From Isurus oxyrinchus (Eukaryota), in contig JANJGN010000089.1 of assembly GCA_026770705.1 (NCBI GenBank), forward strand, positions 1,364,001-1,428,000: a DNA stretch of 64,000 nt, written 5' to 3'. Of the stretch, positions 1 to 12,878 are shown piece by piece. A program made the translations under genes and the position numbers. Each line of letters opens with the position of its first letter. Within the stretch, counting starts at the first letter, position 1. The notes beneath the pieces were generated by a model that did no database searches, was not told the DNA's origin, and saw only the letters and a list, made by a program, of their open reading frames with translations.

Positions 1-29
1 CCTCATCTCAGTCCTCATATTCTGTCCCT

Positions 30-700
30 TGTACTGACACTGTGGCCATCACCAAACCTCAGCGACCACCACTCCCCCCCCCCCATAACCCTGTGTTTTT
101 TGCTTCCCGTTTAGCAGAAAAAATCTGTCAGCCTTTGCCCTATCAAGCCCCTTCAGAATTGTGTACATTTTACTGAAATTACCTCTCATTCCTCTAAACT
201 GCAGAAAACTTTGGGCAAATTTCCTAAGACTTTCATAATACGACGAGCTTTCATTCACAGAAACCAATTCAGTGAACATTCGCTGTCTTGCCTGCAATGC
301 AAACATATCCCTCTTGAAATTTGGGTTAAAAACTGTGTACTGTATCCCAGATATTGCCTCAGCAAACTCAAGCGCAGTATTAACAATACTTCTGTATTCC
401 AATGTTTCAATCTCACTGTAACAATGGTCAACATGCCAGTTGCCTTACTAATTGCTTGCTATCCGTGCCAGAAAACTATGGAACTGCTCTCCTTCTACGA
501 GTACACCCAAGTCTCCCTGAACAGCAACATTTAAGAGCTCCACACTTTAAGTACGCTGATGTTCTACATGTACCAACAAAATGATTAATTTTCCCTTCGT
601 TGCATTACAGTATCTTGTTTAATTCGCTTTACCCACCGTTTTGTTATGAAGACTATTTGTGTCCAACCTAACTCAGTAGCATTCTCAATGTACTTCTCGC
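30..700 (-). mobile_element. CR1-type LINE 3' fragment (degenerate)
   Basis: Minus ORF 49-402 contains RGNFSKMYTILKGLDRAKADRFF..KTQG, matching the CR1 ORF2 C-terminal pattern RGDLIE.YKI.KGLDR....FF...TRGH. Confidence 0.7.
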
Positions 701-984
701 TAACATTAGAGAATGCACATTCAGAACACAGGTTAACAAGTTGGCTCCAAAATAAAACAAAAATAAACCGTCTTCACTGACTGAGAGAAGGTAGCTTTTC
801 ACAAAGAACCATTCTGGGACGATTGCCTTTCGTTATGTAGATATGTAACTGCAATCGGGATTTAGAAGTGCAATTTCAAAATACATGAACGACATAACTT
901 CAAGGGGGAAGAGAACTGTTTTGAAATATAAGATGGCATTCATAACTACTAGTATGTGAATGCAATTGTCAAATGAACTTCAAT

Positions 985-1660
985 GTAAGAACACAAGGAC
1001 ATATGGAACAGGAGAAGGAAAAGACCAATCAGCTCAATGAGATGGCTTCGCAAGTCAATAAGATCAGACTGATCTTCAGTTTCAACTCCACTTTCCTGCC
1101 CGCTCCCATTTCCTATGATTTCCTGAGAGAAGAAATTCGGTCTATCTCAGCCATAATCATTTTCAATTTTACATCATGTGTAAGGTTTTGGAACAACACG
1201 CTGCAAATATTCATGACCTTTTGGTGAACAAGCTTTATCTCATTTCAGTCTCAAATAATTGGCCCTTTATCCTGAGCATATGCTCATTTATATGTCCTCC
1301 CGAAAGGGTAAACTATCTGTCAGCATCTATTGTGTCAATCTCTTCTTGAGATTTCCAAAAAGATCGCCTCACATTCTTCAAAAATCCACAGAATATAACA
1401 GAATAGCTCTCAGAGTAGCATCGTAGGACAACTGTCTCTTTCAGGAAGCAAATTAATTAATTAACGCTATAGTTTATCCAATGCAATCCTATGCTTCAAA
1501 AAATGATGACCAAAACTTTACACAATATTCCCGGCATGGTCTCACAGGCCTGCTGCAAGTGTTTCTTTTTTTTTCTTTTTTCTGTACTTGAAATATCAAC
1601 TTGCATTAAAGCCCGACGTGTCATTTGTTTCCCAAATTGCTCCCTTGTCCTTTTCATGAA
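985..1660 (-). mobile_element. CR1-type LINE 3' fragment
   Basis: Opens with the shark CR1 3'-tail signature (ggaacaggag..gaccaatcagctc..caataagatc..ctgatc), also seen at 21345, 40250, 43470 and 44060, followed by decayed ORF2 C-terminus. Confidence 0.65.
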
Positions 1661-1679
1661 TAAATATTAACGCCTAGAA

Positions 1680-2468
1680 TGTTATTGCAAAATTGAATAT
1701 AAAATAGTGTTCTCGTCAGGATGGTGTCAATGTGTCTTAATTGGATTAAAACCAGCTGTCCTGGATGCTTTGATGTACGGTAGTTTTGAGAAGTTAATAA
1801 GGTAAACGTAAGGAGGGTAGAAGGTAAATTGAAAATTTGCATTTATTAAAAGGAGCCATTCAGGAATGCAGGTGAAATTTGCACCAAGCTAGAAGGTGCC
1901 GACCAATGCGTTTATTTTTTCTCAGTTTACAGATGCAATGGGTGGGATTAAGTGATTTAATTATTGGAAGAGATAAGCACAAAAGTCCAGTGATATGCTG
2001 GAAATTCCACTTTTAAAGGGAAAGATATGTCTAAATGAGAGGAGGTTCTGTGCAACTAGAAACATTCAAGAATTGAACAAGTGTTTGAAGCCTCCAGCCT
2101 GTAAGCCTCAAGCTACCGTCAGCAGCGACCCAGAGCTGAAATAAACCCATGTTGAATGCGACAGCCCAGGGTGTGCCTTGCCAGGTGTCTGTTTAAAGCT
2201 ATGAAATTTATTGTTGCCTTACCAGGCGGCATAACTGAGATTCAGATTAATTAGGTTATTTTTGTAGTTATGATAGAATTAATGTTCTAGCCATGTGCAT
2301 GTGATTACAATCATTCTTGTAATAATAAAAGTTTAACTTCGTTCTTTAAATCCTCTTGTGAGTCGGCAACTCAAAACATACATAATATAAAAATGTGTTT
2401 TCAATGTTGGCACAGCTTTCCCTCTGGGATTTCAACAACTCAACCTTTACACCGGCTCTGTCATGATA
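1680..2468 (+). repeat. Putative 5' LTR of the Gmr1-like element
   Basis: Begins TGTTA, has AATAAA at ~2324 and ends just before a PBS-like motif. No second copy is available to confirm it. Confidence 0.45.
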
Positions 2469-2470
2469 AT

Positions 2471-2489
2471 TCGGTGATCGTTGCGGGAT
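2471..2489 (+). promoter_or_regulatory. Degenerate primer-binding site (tRNA-Pro-like)
   Basis: tcggtgatcgttgcgggat resembles the tRNA-Pro PBS TGGGGGCTCGTCCGGGAT and lies between the putative LTR and gag. Confidence 0.35.
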
Positions 2490-2606
2490 TTATTTGTAAC
2501 CCTTGATTTTTTTTTTCCATTTGGTGAATCTTAAGGCTTCGAGTACAAGAAGCACTTTGAATCCAGGGGTTGGCGTGAATAAAGTTGAAATGGTGAGACT
2601 GCAAAA

Positions 2607-3900
2607 GTGGCTGTATCCGTGTCCAAATCTTTTTAGAAGTCAAGGATGTAACACTGATTTGGTTGCAGAAAATATCCTACAATAAGTTAACAGGATTGGT
2701 GGACATACTACAATGCTGGTTACATGTAGCAGCAAGGAAATCAGACATAATTGAAGTGAAAGCATAGCATTTGAATTTGGAAAGAATACCTGAGACACAG
2801 AGTTCTCCAAGGGTGGTTCATTGGAATAGGCTCAAATTCAATTGTAATTGAAAATAATTGATTTAAAAGAATAGCAAAGAGGAATGGAATTCCAAAGGGA
2901 ACAGGCATAAAGGTAGGAGAGAGAAAGAAAACAGGGATTATTCAATTGTGAAGATAGCGAAGAAGGAAACGGAAAGAGAAAGAGAGAGCGAGAGAGGGAG
3001 AGAGAGAGAGGGAGGGAGAGAAGGTGGGGTGGGGGTGCAGTGGGAGATATACAGAGAATTCCGACTGAAAATGTTAGGAGTTAAAAAAGTGATGCTGGGA
3101 GGTGAGGAAGAACTTAACTCCCAAGTAGAAACCAGTGGGCAGACGTTTAAATTTGGACAAGATCATACAAATTTTGAGAAAAAAGATATTGAAACATTCT
3201 GTATTTCATTTGAGAACAGAGTTAAACAGGTGAAATAGCCACCAGAGAACTGCGCATTACTGTAACAAACCCAGTTGTTTGGTAGAGCATACGAGGTACA
3301 TACTTTGCTATCAGATGAAATGCCGGGGAATTATGATGAGATAAGAATGGCTGTATTCAGTGTATATGATTGCTTTCCTGAAGCATACAGGTAGAAGTTT
3401 AGGAATATGAGAAAACAGCCAAGGCAAACGTAGATAGCGTTTGAGAGAGTACAGCAAAGAAATATTTACCAGTGTTTACAAGCACTAAAAGCAGAGCCAA
3501 ATTTGGAGCGTTTGGAGAAGTAGTTCTTTTGGAAGAATTTAAAGGTTCAATTGTTTCGACAGCGAACAGAGGATTGATTCTACAAGGCAAGCAGGAGAGA
3601 TAGCTGATGATTATGAATTAAAGCATGGAGCTAAGCATTTTTCTCGTCACCCTTTTAAATCTAAAAATGGGTAGAAAGGGGAAAAGTGAAAGGTAGGTGG
3701 GTAGTCACGGAAGGGAAAGAGTAGCTCCAGATTCCTAGGAAGTTTTCTCGCTGAATAAAAAGCAAGTAGCTGAGGATAGAAGTGACATTCGAAAGTTAAG
3801 GTGTTTTCATTTTGATAAAGTGAGACACATGAAGCCATTGGGTTACAAATTGCAGAGGAAACCTATTGGAATTAGTAGGGAGCAGAAATATTATGGAAGT
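2607..3900 (+). pseudogene. Gmr1-like gag remnant (SCAN-related capsid, zinc-knuckle remnant)
   Basis: Coiled-coil E/R-rich stretch, then FEKKDIETFCISFENRVKQVK*PP and a decayed knuckle CFHFDKVRH..C near 3800-3850. Multiple stops and frameshifts. Confidence 0.7.
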
Positions 3901-4789
3901 AAACGTACTGTGGGTTTTGAGGCTCAGGCAGAGGAAAAACCAATCGTTTGCCTCGAAGTAAAACCAGAAGCAACAGTGGTAGGTGAACAAGTGACAATCT
4001 GTTCACAATTTACCCAAGAGAATTCTGAAAAGCAGGTTTTAGAAATGTTTTAAGATTTTTTTTATGTGAAGGGAAAGTGTTTCCATGTGCAGAGGGTGAA
4101 GTTTGTAAAGGTGGTAAAATTTTAAGAGGCAAAGGGGCTCGTTATGCATTAATGTTGTGGAATAATGATATTTTTTTTCATAGGGAGTGTTGCAGGACGG
4201 GTTGGTATTGTATTGTCATGAAGGTGCTAAACCTATTCCATTGTGGGAAGTAAATTTAATAAGTAATTGCAAAACTGGCTAAGTTACTGTTGGGGTGTCG
4301 GAAAATTTGCAGGGGTTCAATTTATTCTGGGTAACAAGGTAGCTGGATCATAACGGTGAATGATTCCTATGTTGACTGAGGAGCCAGCTGAAGTGTTTTG
4401 AACAGAGGTGCTACAAGTGGAGCATCCTTGATTGTTTCCAGATTGTGTGATAAAGAGATGATCGGCACATAGCTTGAAGTAAGAGAATCAAGATGGACAG
4501 GCAGTTCAAAGGCAGGAAGAAGGAATTGCAATGCAATTAGTGTATGAGAACTGTGTATGACTACATTGTTTAGGAATATACAACAGATTAATATTCGGCT
4601 GAAAAGTTTAACTCAAGGCTATCATTTGAGCTGCAGCTAAAAGATTTGCCATTTTAAGAGTAATATCAGACACCTTACTCATAAATAGAGGCAAAATGCA
4701 TTCCAGAGAGTGATTTTCAGAGGGATGACGTTTGAACTTTGAGGAGGCTAGATCATATCTCAGCAAATGGAAACTGGAAGGAGGTACAT

Positions 4790-5850
4790 CGCATTGTCAT
4801 TTCTTAAAATATAGAAATGCGTTTCTGAGGAGGGCTCATAAAATTCCAACGGAAGGCATTGCAGAATTAGAAAGACGCAGGTGAAAGTGCAGGAATATCG
4901 TTTAATGGCCAGGATGTAGACCAATTCTGTAAGACATGTCACACATGTTAGATGATACAGGATTCACAGTCAGTGATTAAGAGGGCACGTTTAATGCCAA
5001 TGCCAAGATTTGATGAACCTTTCATGAGGGTCACGATTGATTGCGTTTGACCCTTTCATAAGACTAACAGTGGAAACCAGGACTTCCTGAAACTAATGGT
5101 TTTGACTACCAGGTTCCTGAAGCGGTATATTTAGGGAATATTACAACGAACAACGTTGTGGAAGAGTTAACTGATTTCGTTTAAAAGATATGGATTACTT
5201 AAGGAAATACAATCATATCAGGGATCAAGTTTAATGTCACAGCTTTTTAAAGAAGTTATGAGCAGTTTGGTGATAAAACAGTCTCAGTCGACAGGTTATC
5301 AACAAGGAGCTTTAGAAGGAGGGCATCAAACATTAAAAACTATGATGAGAGCGTACTTTTAGAATAATCCAAAGGATTAACATAGGGGAATTCTGCTCTT
5401 GTTATCTACTGTTAGGGGCGCTCCTAATGCAACGACCGATTTTAGTCCTGTGGAACGAGTTTATTGTCATGAAGTAAGGGGACTGCTGACATTGATTCAT
5501 TCGAAATTGGTGTGCAAATTTTAAGAGCTATTCCCCTAAATTACACTTCAAAAATCAGAAAGCGATAGAGATTAGACAGAGTATGTGAGTTGGCTATGGA
5601 ACATTTAAATAGACCACAGCAAGTGATAAGATTGAACGTATACATGAAGACTGCAGCTCAGAATTTTATTGCTGGAGAGAAAGGGCTAGTTCTGTTAGCA
5701 GCACTGAATGAATCATTAGAAGAAATATATAGTGGGCCTTACAGCATTCAAAATAAATTGAGTGCAGTTAATTAGTTTATACATACTCCAGATAGAAGAA
5801 AGAAGCAGAGGGTGCGTCATGTAAATATGCTTAATACGTACTTAGACAGA
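4790..5850 (+). pseudogene. Retrotransposon integrase remnant
   Basis: HHCC region ~4840-4950, rve core ~5010-5480, and GPY motif (YSGPYSIQNKLSAVN) in ORF 5590-5775. Confidence 0.8.
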
Positions 5851-6099
5851 GAATAAGTCATAAAGGAGGTCGTGGATAATGTGAAAGAGGTAGAAATGCA
5901 GGATTCTGAAATTGATTTTCCTCTATTCAAAATGGATAACGAAGGCATACTTGTAAACTTAAATTTAATCTTGAATTCCCTTCCAGTTAAGTGTCAAAGT
6001 GATTTGCACAAGCTATTGCAGCCAAACAAATGTATTTGTGGGAATGCGTTGGGGAGGAGAGATTTAGCTATACAGGATGATTCTATACAATTTTGATTC

Positions 6100-7072
6100 T
6101 CGATAAGGCAACATCCTAATTGGTTAAATCCAACGAAGTAATCAAACGTTCAAAATTAAATTGACTACATGCTTTAAGTTATATAATTAAGTCTAGTTGC
6201 TGTAACTATAATTCATCTATTTTCCTGGCATTAAAACCACATGGAATGCAACGTCTGTGATTGCCGTGCCAAAAACTGAATCATATCCAATATAACGGTT
6301 GGAGGATTGGATTGAAAAAGTGGGACAATCAAAAGTTATCACAAACATTGACTTGCTAAAGGGATATTCGTAAGCAGCTTTATCAAGGAGGGGGAAGGAG
6401 AAGTCAACATTTGCGATGCTAAATGGACAGTCAGTTTGAAGTCACGCCATTTGGTTGGAATAATGCACTGTAAAATTTCAAAGGCTGTCAAAGAAAGTAA
6501 TTGCAGGCCTAGGCAATTGTGCTGTTTATATAGTCAGATGTGGGAGGAATATTTAGGGCAACTGGCATACCTATTTACTCGATTACAAGAAATGAATTTA
6601 GAATTTAGAAATGAACTTTTCTGAAAGTGAATTTGCAAAAGTGCAAGTTGCAAAACTAGGCCATACCAATGACATGGCAGGCTGGCTCCAAGAGATACGA
6701 AAGTCAAGGCTATCATGAATTTCCCAGTGTCCACAATAAGACCAAAAGTCTTGCGATTTGTGTGCATGACTGTGTTTTATTAGTAATTGGCATCAATTTT
6801 TAGATGTGTGATTGCTTCATTGACTGAACTATAAAAAAAAGAATGAAATGTTTGAATGGAGAGTAAGGTGTCATGGTGCAATTGATCGCTTGGTATCTTT
6901 ATTAACTGTGACACTAGTTTCGGCATAATGCCAATCAATTTAAGTAGGCCGTTGACGGATGTGACATAGGCATTGGGGCTTGACTGTAACAACAAGATGA
7001 CACTGAAACTGGAAAATCGATAAATTAGTTTTCACGGATGTTAAATGCACAACTGAGAAGATATTCCATCTT
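6100..7072 (+). pseudogene. Reverse transcriptase / RNase H remnant
   Basis: IRQHP, SYPI*RLEDWIEKVG, IDLLKGY, WEEYLGQLAYLFTRLQEMNL and FSRMLNAQLRRYS occur in order. Confidence 0.8.
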
Positions 7073-9440
7073 TTCATGTTTGGTTCAGCTCACGAATAAA
7101 GCATCAGCTGGTTCTGCCCCGTCTGACTGGTGCTGTTCATCAGGTTTTCAGAGGGACTGTAGCGAAACCTCCATATATTTGGCAATGGGTTGTTTCCTCT
7201 GTCAGGAGGAAGTGCAGAGCGTGAAGACATGGAATGATAAACAGATCTCAAAATGCGTCTTCCAGCAAGAAGCAAATAAGAAGCATCATGAAAATGTTCC
7301 ACTGATTCCCAGCATGTCGATCTGAATGAAGGTGAACGTTTCGGGATTGTTTGGAGGTGAGGTTAAAGGGAGTTTGGACACTCTGGCTGTTTCGGCATCG
7401 GACTTCCTTGACAATAGTGCAGTTTAAGTGATTGGTCAACAATCTGAGCTTTTGCATCTCCATCTGGCTTCGCCGATGTTGCCTGACCTGCTAACTATGT
7501 TCAGAATACTATTTATATTAGCTGCATGCAGAATAATAAAACGAGTTAGCAGAACTCCCGATTTCTTTTCCATGATTGTATTGCAGCAACATGGTGGCAC
7601 ACAATTTGCATTATTGAATTACAATTCTCGCTTCCAGATTTTAACTGTGACTTGGTTAGAAAAATTCCTTTCTATTAAACTGAATATTCTATTTCTGAAT
7701 CTCAGCAGTGCCTCTATTTCTTTATGCAATCCTTGTCTTTAAATTAATCCGGCAAGGATGGCCATTTTAAAGACGGGGAGAAGCAAATCACGTGTGAATA
7801 CAAAGATACACGATTAGATTAAAATTATCTATGAAGCGACGTGAACCATTCTGCTAACATTTCGCGGCCCCTTGAGAATATCCCAATGGAATTTGGCAGG
7901 GTCAGGAACTGATAACGGCTTCGAGCATTTTTTAATCGTTGTCACAAAGCCTTTCGCGTTGCCGCTATCGGTTTTCGTTCCAGCATAAAGTGAAACTGGT
8001 TTGGCATGGTGAACCCTGTAGGGAGCAGTTGAGGGCCGAGTAGTTTCGATTAATAGTGAATGCGCTGTGAAGCGGCCTTGGGTTTCTTTCCTGCGCTGAA
8101 ACCGAAAACTTTGATGATCAGAGTTTCAGTCTCACGAATCGAATCATTACTCAGTGACATTCAGTAATTGATGCTTCATCCAATTATAATGGGCAGAACT
8201 ATTAAGACACATGGTGGGGACGAACTGACAGGAATGGATTATTCATTTTAGAAAATGATAACGTTCATTGGTATCACACGGCCATCGTAATAAAAACGTG
8301 TCGTGGGGCTGAACAATAGCACACAACTCTTGCATTTTTCAACAACTGGAATACATATTTACACATTGCCCTCACTCACTCTATATTGTATTCTGTGTCA
8401 TTCTGCATTAAATAATCCCGTTACGGTTAACATTCAATTTCATATAATGCGAATTTAAGTTGCTTATGATTGCTCAGTGTTCATAGTTTCCTTTCTGAAC
8501 AAGCTGTTTTCCCGATAAGGCAAAAGTATTATCCCCTTTACTTGTTGCCTATAGATGGATTAAATCTTGATAAATATAATTGAAATTCTAGCAATTTTTG
8601 ATTTATGAATCTTGCTCATCCCCTGCATCATTGATGCCAATTTAAGCAATGATGCATGACAAATGGATTTATTTCTACACTTTATATAAGGAGTAATTTT
8701 CTCCGAAGTTTATGAATCAGTGTACAATAGCATATGTTTAAATAATTTTTATATCACTTCATCCTGAAACTGGCCTTTGCGGCAGGGTCAGTAGTGATTC
8801 CATAGCCTCATGTATTTTTTCAAATTGACATAATTTTTGCAACTTAGCAGTTAATAGGTAAAGATGGTTACTGATAAAATATATGGAGTTAGATCAAGTT
8901 TTACCCAGCTTTACAAACGCAGCGTAAGCATGCAGGCAAGTTCCGGTTTTTTTTACCCCCCCTCCCCCCACCCCCCCCCCCCCCCGCCCCACCCACCAAA
9001 TGACACTGAGCTCCTTGTGGGAGACATTGACAGCGGGCCCAGGGCAACGCAAACCAGCCAATCAGGTGTTTAAACTTCCAAGACAATTTCACGTGTGCAA
9101 GTGTCAGGACATCCGCAGTGTTTGAAATCTGCAACAGCAACTTAAATTCAGTGTTGTGGACATTAGAAGTTTTCGGACCTGAGCTGTTCACTAAACTGGG
9201 TCTTCTCTTTGAAGTACCTGCCGTGCAGGGGAGTTAAGGACAACAGAGAGAGGTTTTGCTCCACTTTTGAAACATGTTCTGGATGTGCACTGCATGGTAA
9301 ATGCGCCGTTATAGCAAGAAACAATTATAAGCTCCGTGGAAAATCAGCAGACGTAAAAAAAATGGCACACAGTGGAACAATGTTTTCTGATACCTTTCAA
9401 ATAAACAAATTAATTGTCGTTGCAGCAGAAAGGCCATCAT

Positions 9441-12400
9441 TCAAAAGTGGAACATTGGCTACAATTTAATTATGGTTAGATCAGGAAGAGTTGGTTTCCT
9501 TTTGCATCCTTTTTTTCAGTATCAAAATTATTGTCCAAGGAGATTGCACTATCTTCTTAGCTCTTCCCTGAATTTAGTTTGTGTAGTTGCATGTTTTTGC
9601 ACAAACTCAAATACATGGTCATATATCCGATTTCAGCAGCGATGAGTGCAGGAGCTGCATAATCCGGTCGTATCTGAATGTCAATACCATTGACTAAGGA
9701 AGAGACGACTGTTGACATCCACAATACTATAAAAGTACCCTCAATAGGGCTCTTTAAAAAAAAAATCTCTCCGCATTTCCCCGGTAAATAGGAACACAAG
9801 GCCATTTAGCCACACGAGCATTTTCTGCCATTCAGTCAGATCACAGTTGATGTGCACATCAACTCCATCTGTGCAACTTTTGATCAGTATTCCACTGATA
9901 CTCTTATCCAACTAAATCTATGAATTCCAGGCTTGAAATATGCAATGAGATGTTGTTCTAAAAGGAACTCTAAAATTATCGACTTCCTTAGGTTCTTTAT
10001 TTCTGAATAACTCTGATCTTCGCTTTCCCGACCCTTGAGCTCCTTACAGGCCCGACTGGCTACGAAAACCTGTCTGTATGTCACACAGTTAAACAGCAAT
10101 GTCAAAGAGAAAGGCATGCATGTCAATAAAATACCTTCTAACTAAGAGAAAATTACACAAAATGGAGATGTATAAAAATCCAAGCTGCTTTGGAAAACCC
10201 AGGGAACATTGCTAATTGTTTGCTGGGGCTCAAAAACGAAAAAAATAGGCAATATTCTGTAAACGTGAGAGGACAGAGACTGCTTTTAGAACTGTAGCCG
10301 CTATTCTCACGTGTTTTAAACTTCTTGCTACATATAGACACAAATCGGTCAAGTGTGAAGCAGACTGTAAACCACACCGACAAATATACATTGGTGCCAT
10401 TTGTGTACATTAGGAACTTACAAATGGTTGTATAGGATAGGATTAAATGTAGAAAACGCTTACTCAGGATTTTGTGCACGAGAACATTGTTGAGCATGAC
10501 CAGTAAATCGGCTGTTGTCATGGATGCCATATAGAAATAAAGACATTTTGAAAGGTCACAATTTCCTCTGCAGAGAATCACGATTGGTATCAGGTTCGCT
10601 GTGGGGAAAATGGAAAGAAAGTAGGTAACATGGACACTCAGATCCATTCAACAGAATATTATCGGAAATGCCACTGTGTTTTTCTACCCGCTATTCTGTG
10701 AAAAATCCGATATATAATATTGCCCAATGTTGATGAAATTATTAAAAACAAATAAACGAATATTCTCTCTATTGTGTTGAAATAGTTTCAAGAGCAGTAA
10801 TATGAGACTGTTCCTGGTTGAAACTGAGAAAGGAACCAGATTTCTTGGGAAGGGATCATTTATTTGAAGACCAGATTCTGAGACATTAACCTGGGCATGT
10901 AATTGCTAAGGAAATAAAAACTGATTGAGTTTAACAATTGGTTAGTGTAAAGAGTGTAAGATCGGATTTCAGTATGTGGTTGGAACTATCAGGAGTCCAA
11001 AAAGTTCAATTTGTTTTCAGCAGAAGCATCCCAATCCCAGGCACTCCTGCTGAAGTTATGTGTGGGAGCAATCTTAAAAGAACTAAACATGAGAAAAGCT
11101 GTGAGCCATCCAGGCACACTGAAGAGCTGGGAGTTTTCTTTATCCAGAACTGATCATATTGCGCACCAGAACGTTGTTGAATGGTGGGTGACATTATGTC
11201 TGGGAAAACTCCGCCAGCAAGACTGTTATGACCCTCGAGTGAAAGAGGCTCCATGCAAGTAGGTATTGTTGTTGATAATCATATCACTGGAGCTGGAATG
11301 GAGTCAAGTGGTTGTTGATGGCCACGTGAAAATCAGGCCCTGCCTGACGAAGAATGGTTGAGTGCTGCTGGAGAAAGGCGGAATTGTGAGAGACATTAGG
11401 ATTGAATACAGTGTCAAATATGTGCTGAGTGCCAGCTGAGAAACCCGTGAGACTTACCATTGTGGTATCCGCTACTTCAACCATAATTAATACTTTCTAT
11501 TGAATACAATTAGCAGTTAATTATATATTTTTAGACTTTGCTTGGATCTTACAGCAAGTGTTTTAAAAAGAGAAATGTTATCCATTGTTTAATTTCACTG
11601 GAGACTTTTGGGACGTTCGGATCTTTCAGGTAATTGATTCCCTATTGCACTGTAACATCATGCATAGGGATTGGGCTCTGCCGTCCTCCCGTTAAATTTA
11701 ATTCTGATGTGTTTATGGTGCTGAGAGTAAGGTGACTCGAAATCAGGCTGGAAAAATGGTAACGCAGAGTAGCCTATTACCCCTCCCACTACAACCGTCT
11801 CTTATGCATTGAAACCTCAACTGTGGTTGATATTGACTTCGGACAAGAGTGCAAAATTGGTAAAATCGGGTTAGCCATTCGTCATGCATGTCTCCCGATT
11901 ACCTTAAAATAGCCATTGCCCCTGGCCCTGGATTCAGGCTTAATGGAACTTTACAGTGCAAATCACTCGCAAGTGTCTCGCGCAGACAGTCCAATTAGCG
12001 CTATAAGTTTCCTAAAGAGAAAATTGGATATTTCTATAACTTGCTGAATTTCAACAGTAAAATTAAAAACGGATTGTCTTACATGCAACGATCTTGTTAT
12101 CAGGTCATTACCGTGTGATACATCTAGTGAATTTGATAAATTACCACTGGGGCTGCATATAACACTAAATCGATGTTTAAAGCCTGTGCCTTCTGATTCT
12201 TCTGAGATAGAAATCAAAGGAAGGACATCTGATGCCAGCGGAATTCAATGTAATTTCCAATCCATTGTAGGAAACAATAAATTAAAAAAAAACATCCATC
12301 CGAAGAAAAAAAAACTATCCAATGTAATTTAAAACGCTGCTCTTTGCCTATTTATAATCGGTCTGACAGACCCGCTCAGAAACTGAACGGGAGTCAGTGG

Positions 12401-12878
12401 ATCTGCAACGATTTTTTGCGAGGCAGGAATGAGGAGCAGCTTCCTGTTTCTGAAAAATATTGTACCGTCCCCTGTTGGGTGGAGGACGCTGCAGTACGCA
12501 GAATTATCTCTGTAACAAAAGGGAAACGGTACATTTGAGATCGTTACCATGGATACTAAGAAATAAATGCTTTAATAATCTATGAACTGTTAAAGCAGCG
12601 GGGAATCCATCTCCAAAAACAAACTCCAGGTGGCCAGAATTTGCTGAGCAGAACGGCGGCTCAGGGCCCTGTGAACAGATGGTTTTCCTGTAGATATTCA
12701 GAAATTCATCTAGGTCGAGAATTGACTCGGCAGTGACACATTCCCACAACCAGCCACATAATCGCTAGCAGTGAAATACTCACCAAATATTGGACATCTG
12801 TGACTTACTGGGAATACCAAAGGCTGCGAGAATAGGGTAGTATATATCCGTTACTTTTCGGATAGTGGCCGGACCCTT
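9441..12878 (-). pseudogene. GPR139-like class A GPCR pseudogene, copy A (exon 1 12809-12878, exon 2 9441-10598)
   Basis: Exon 1 KGPATIRKVTDIYYPILAAFGIP is followed by a GTAAGT donor, but the start is AAG instead of ATG. Exon 2 follows ccccacag: NLIPIVILCRGNCDLSKC..MTTADLLV..CKF..SVWFTVCFTLDRFVSIC..SEIKNLRKSIIL. Frameshifts plus a LINE-tail insertion. Confidence 0.88.
9750..9970 (-). mobile_element. CR1 3'-tail insertion inside GPCR copy A (TM6)
   Basis: The GPCR text breaks after RKSIIL and resumes at GTFIVLW. The gap carries the CR1 tail signature aaataggaac..ggccatt.agcc and is absent from copy B. Confidence 0.7.

Larger units (their letters stand above)
1680..7072 (+). mobile_element. 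Gmr1-like Ty3/Gypsy LTR retrotransposon, decayed and 3'-truncated
   Basis: Broken frames give gag (FEKKDIETFCISFE..VK*PPEN..QTQLFGRAYE..EAYR*KFR), a protease region (~4070-4350), integrase (EPFMRVTID, QSYQGSSLMSQLF, ALEGGHQTLKTM, FSPVERVYCHEVRG), then RT (IRQHP, LEDWIEKVGQSKVITNIDLLKGY) and the start of RNase H (FSRMLNAQLRRYS). No 3' LTR seen. Confidence 0.85.

Noticed and set aside
7072-7440. 3' LTR or continuation of the Gmr1 element
   Set aside because: No visible similarity to 1680-2468 and no RNase H continuation; left unassigned.
8100-8180. Possible C/D snoRNA (TGATGA box)
   Set aside because: No properly placed CTGA D box or terminal stem.
9360-9410. CACAGTG heptamers (also ~16058, 24249, 58700) as V(D)J signals
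   Set aside because: No ACAAAAACC nonamer at 12/23 spacing and no Ig/TCR segments nearby.
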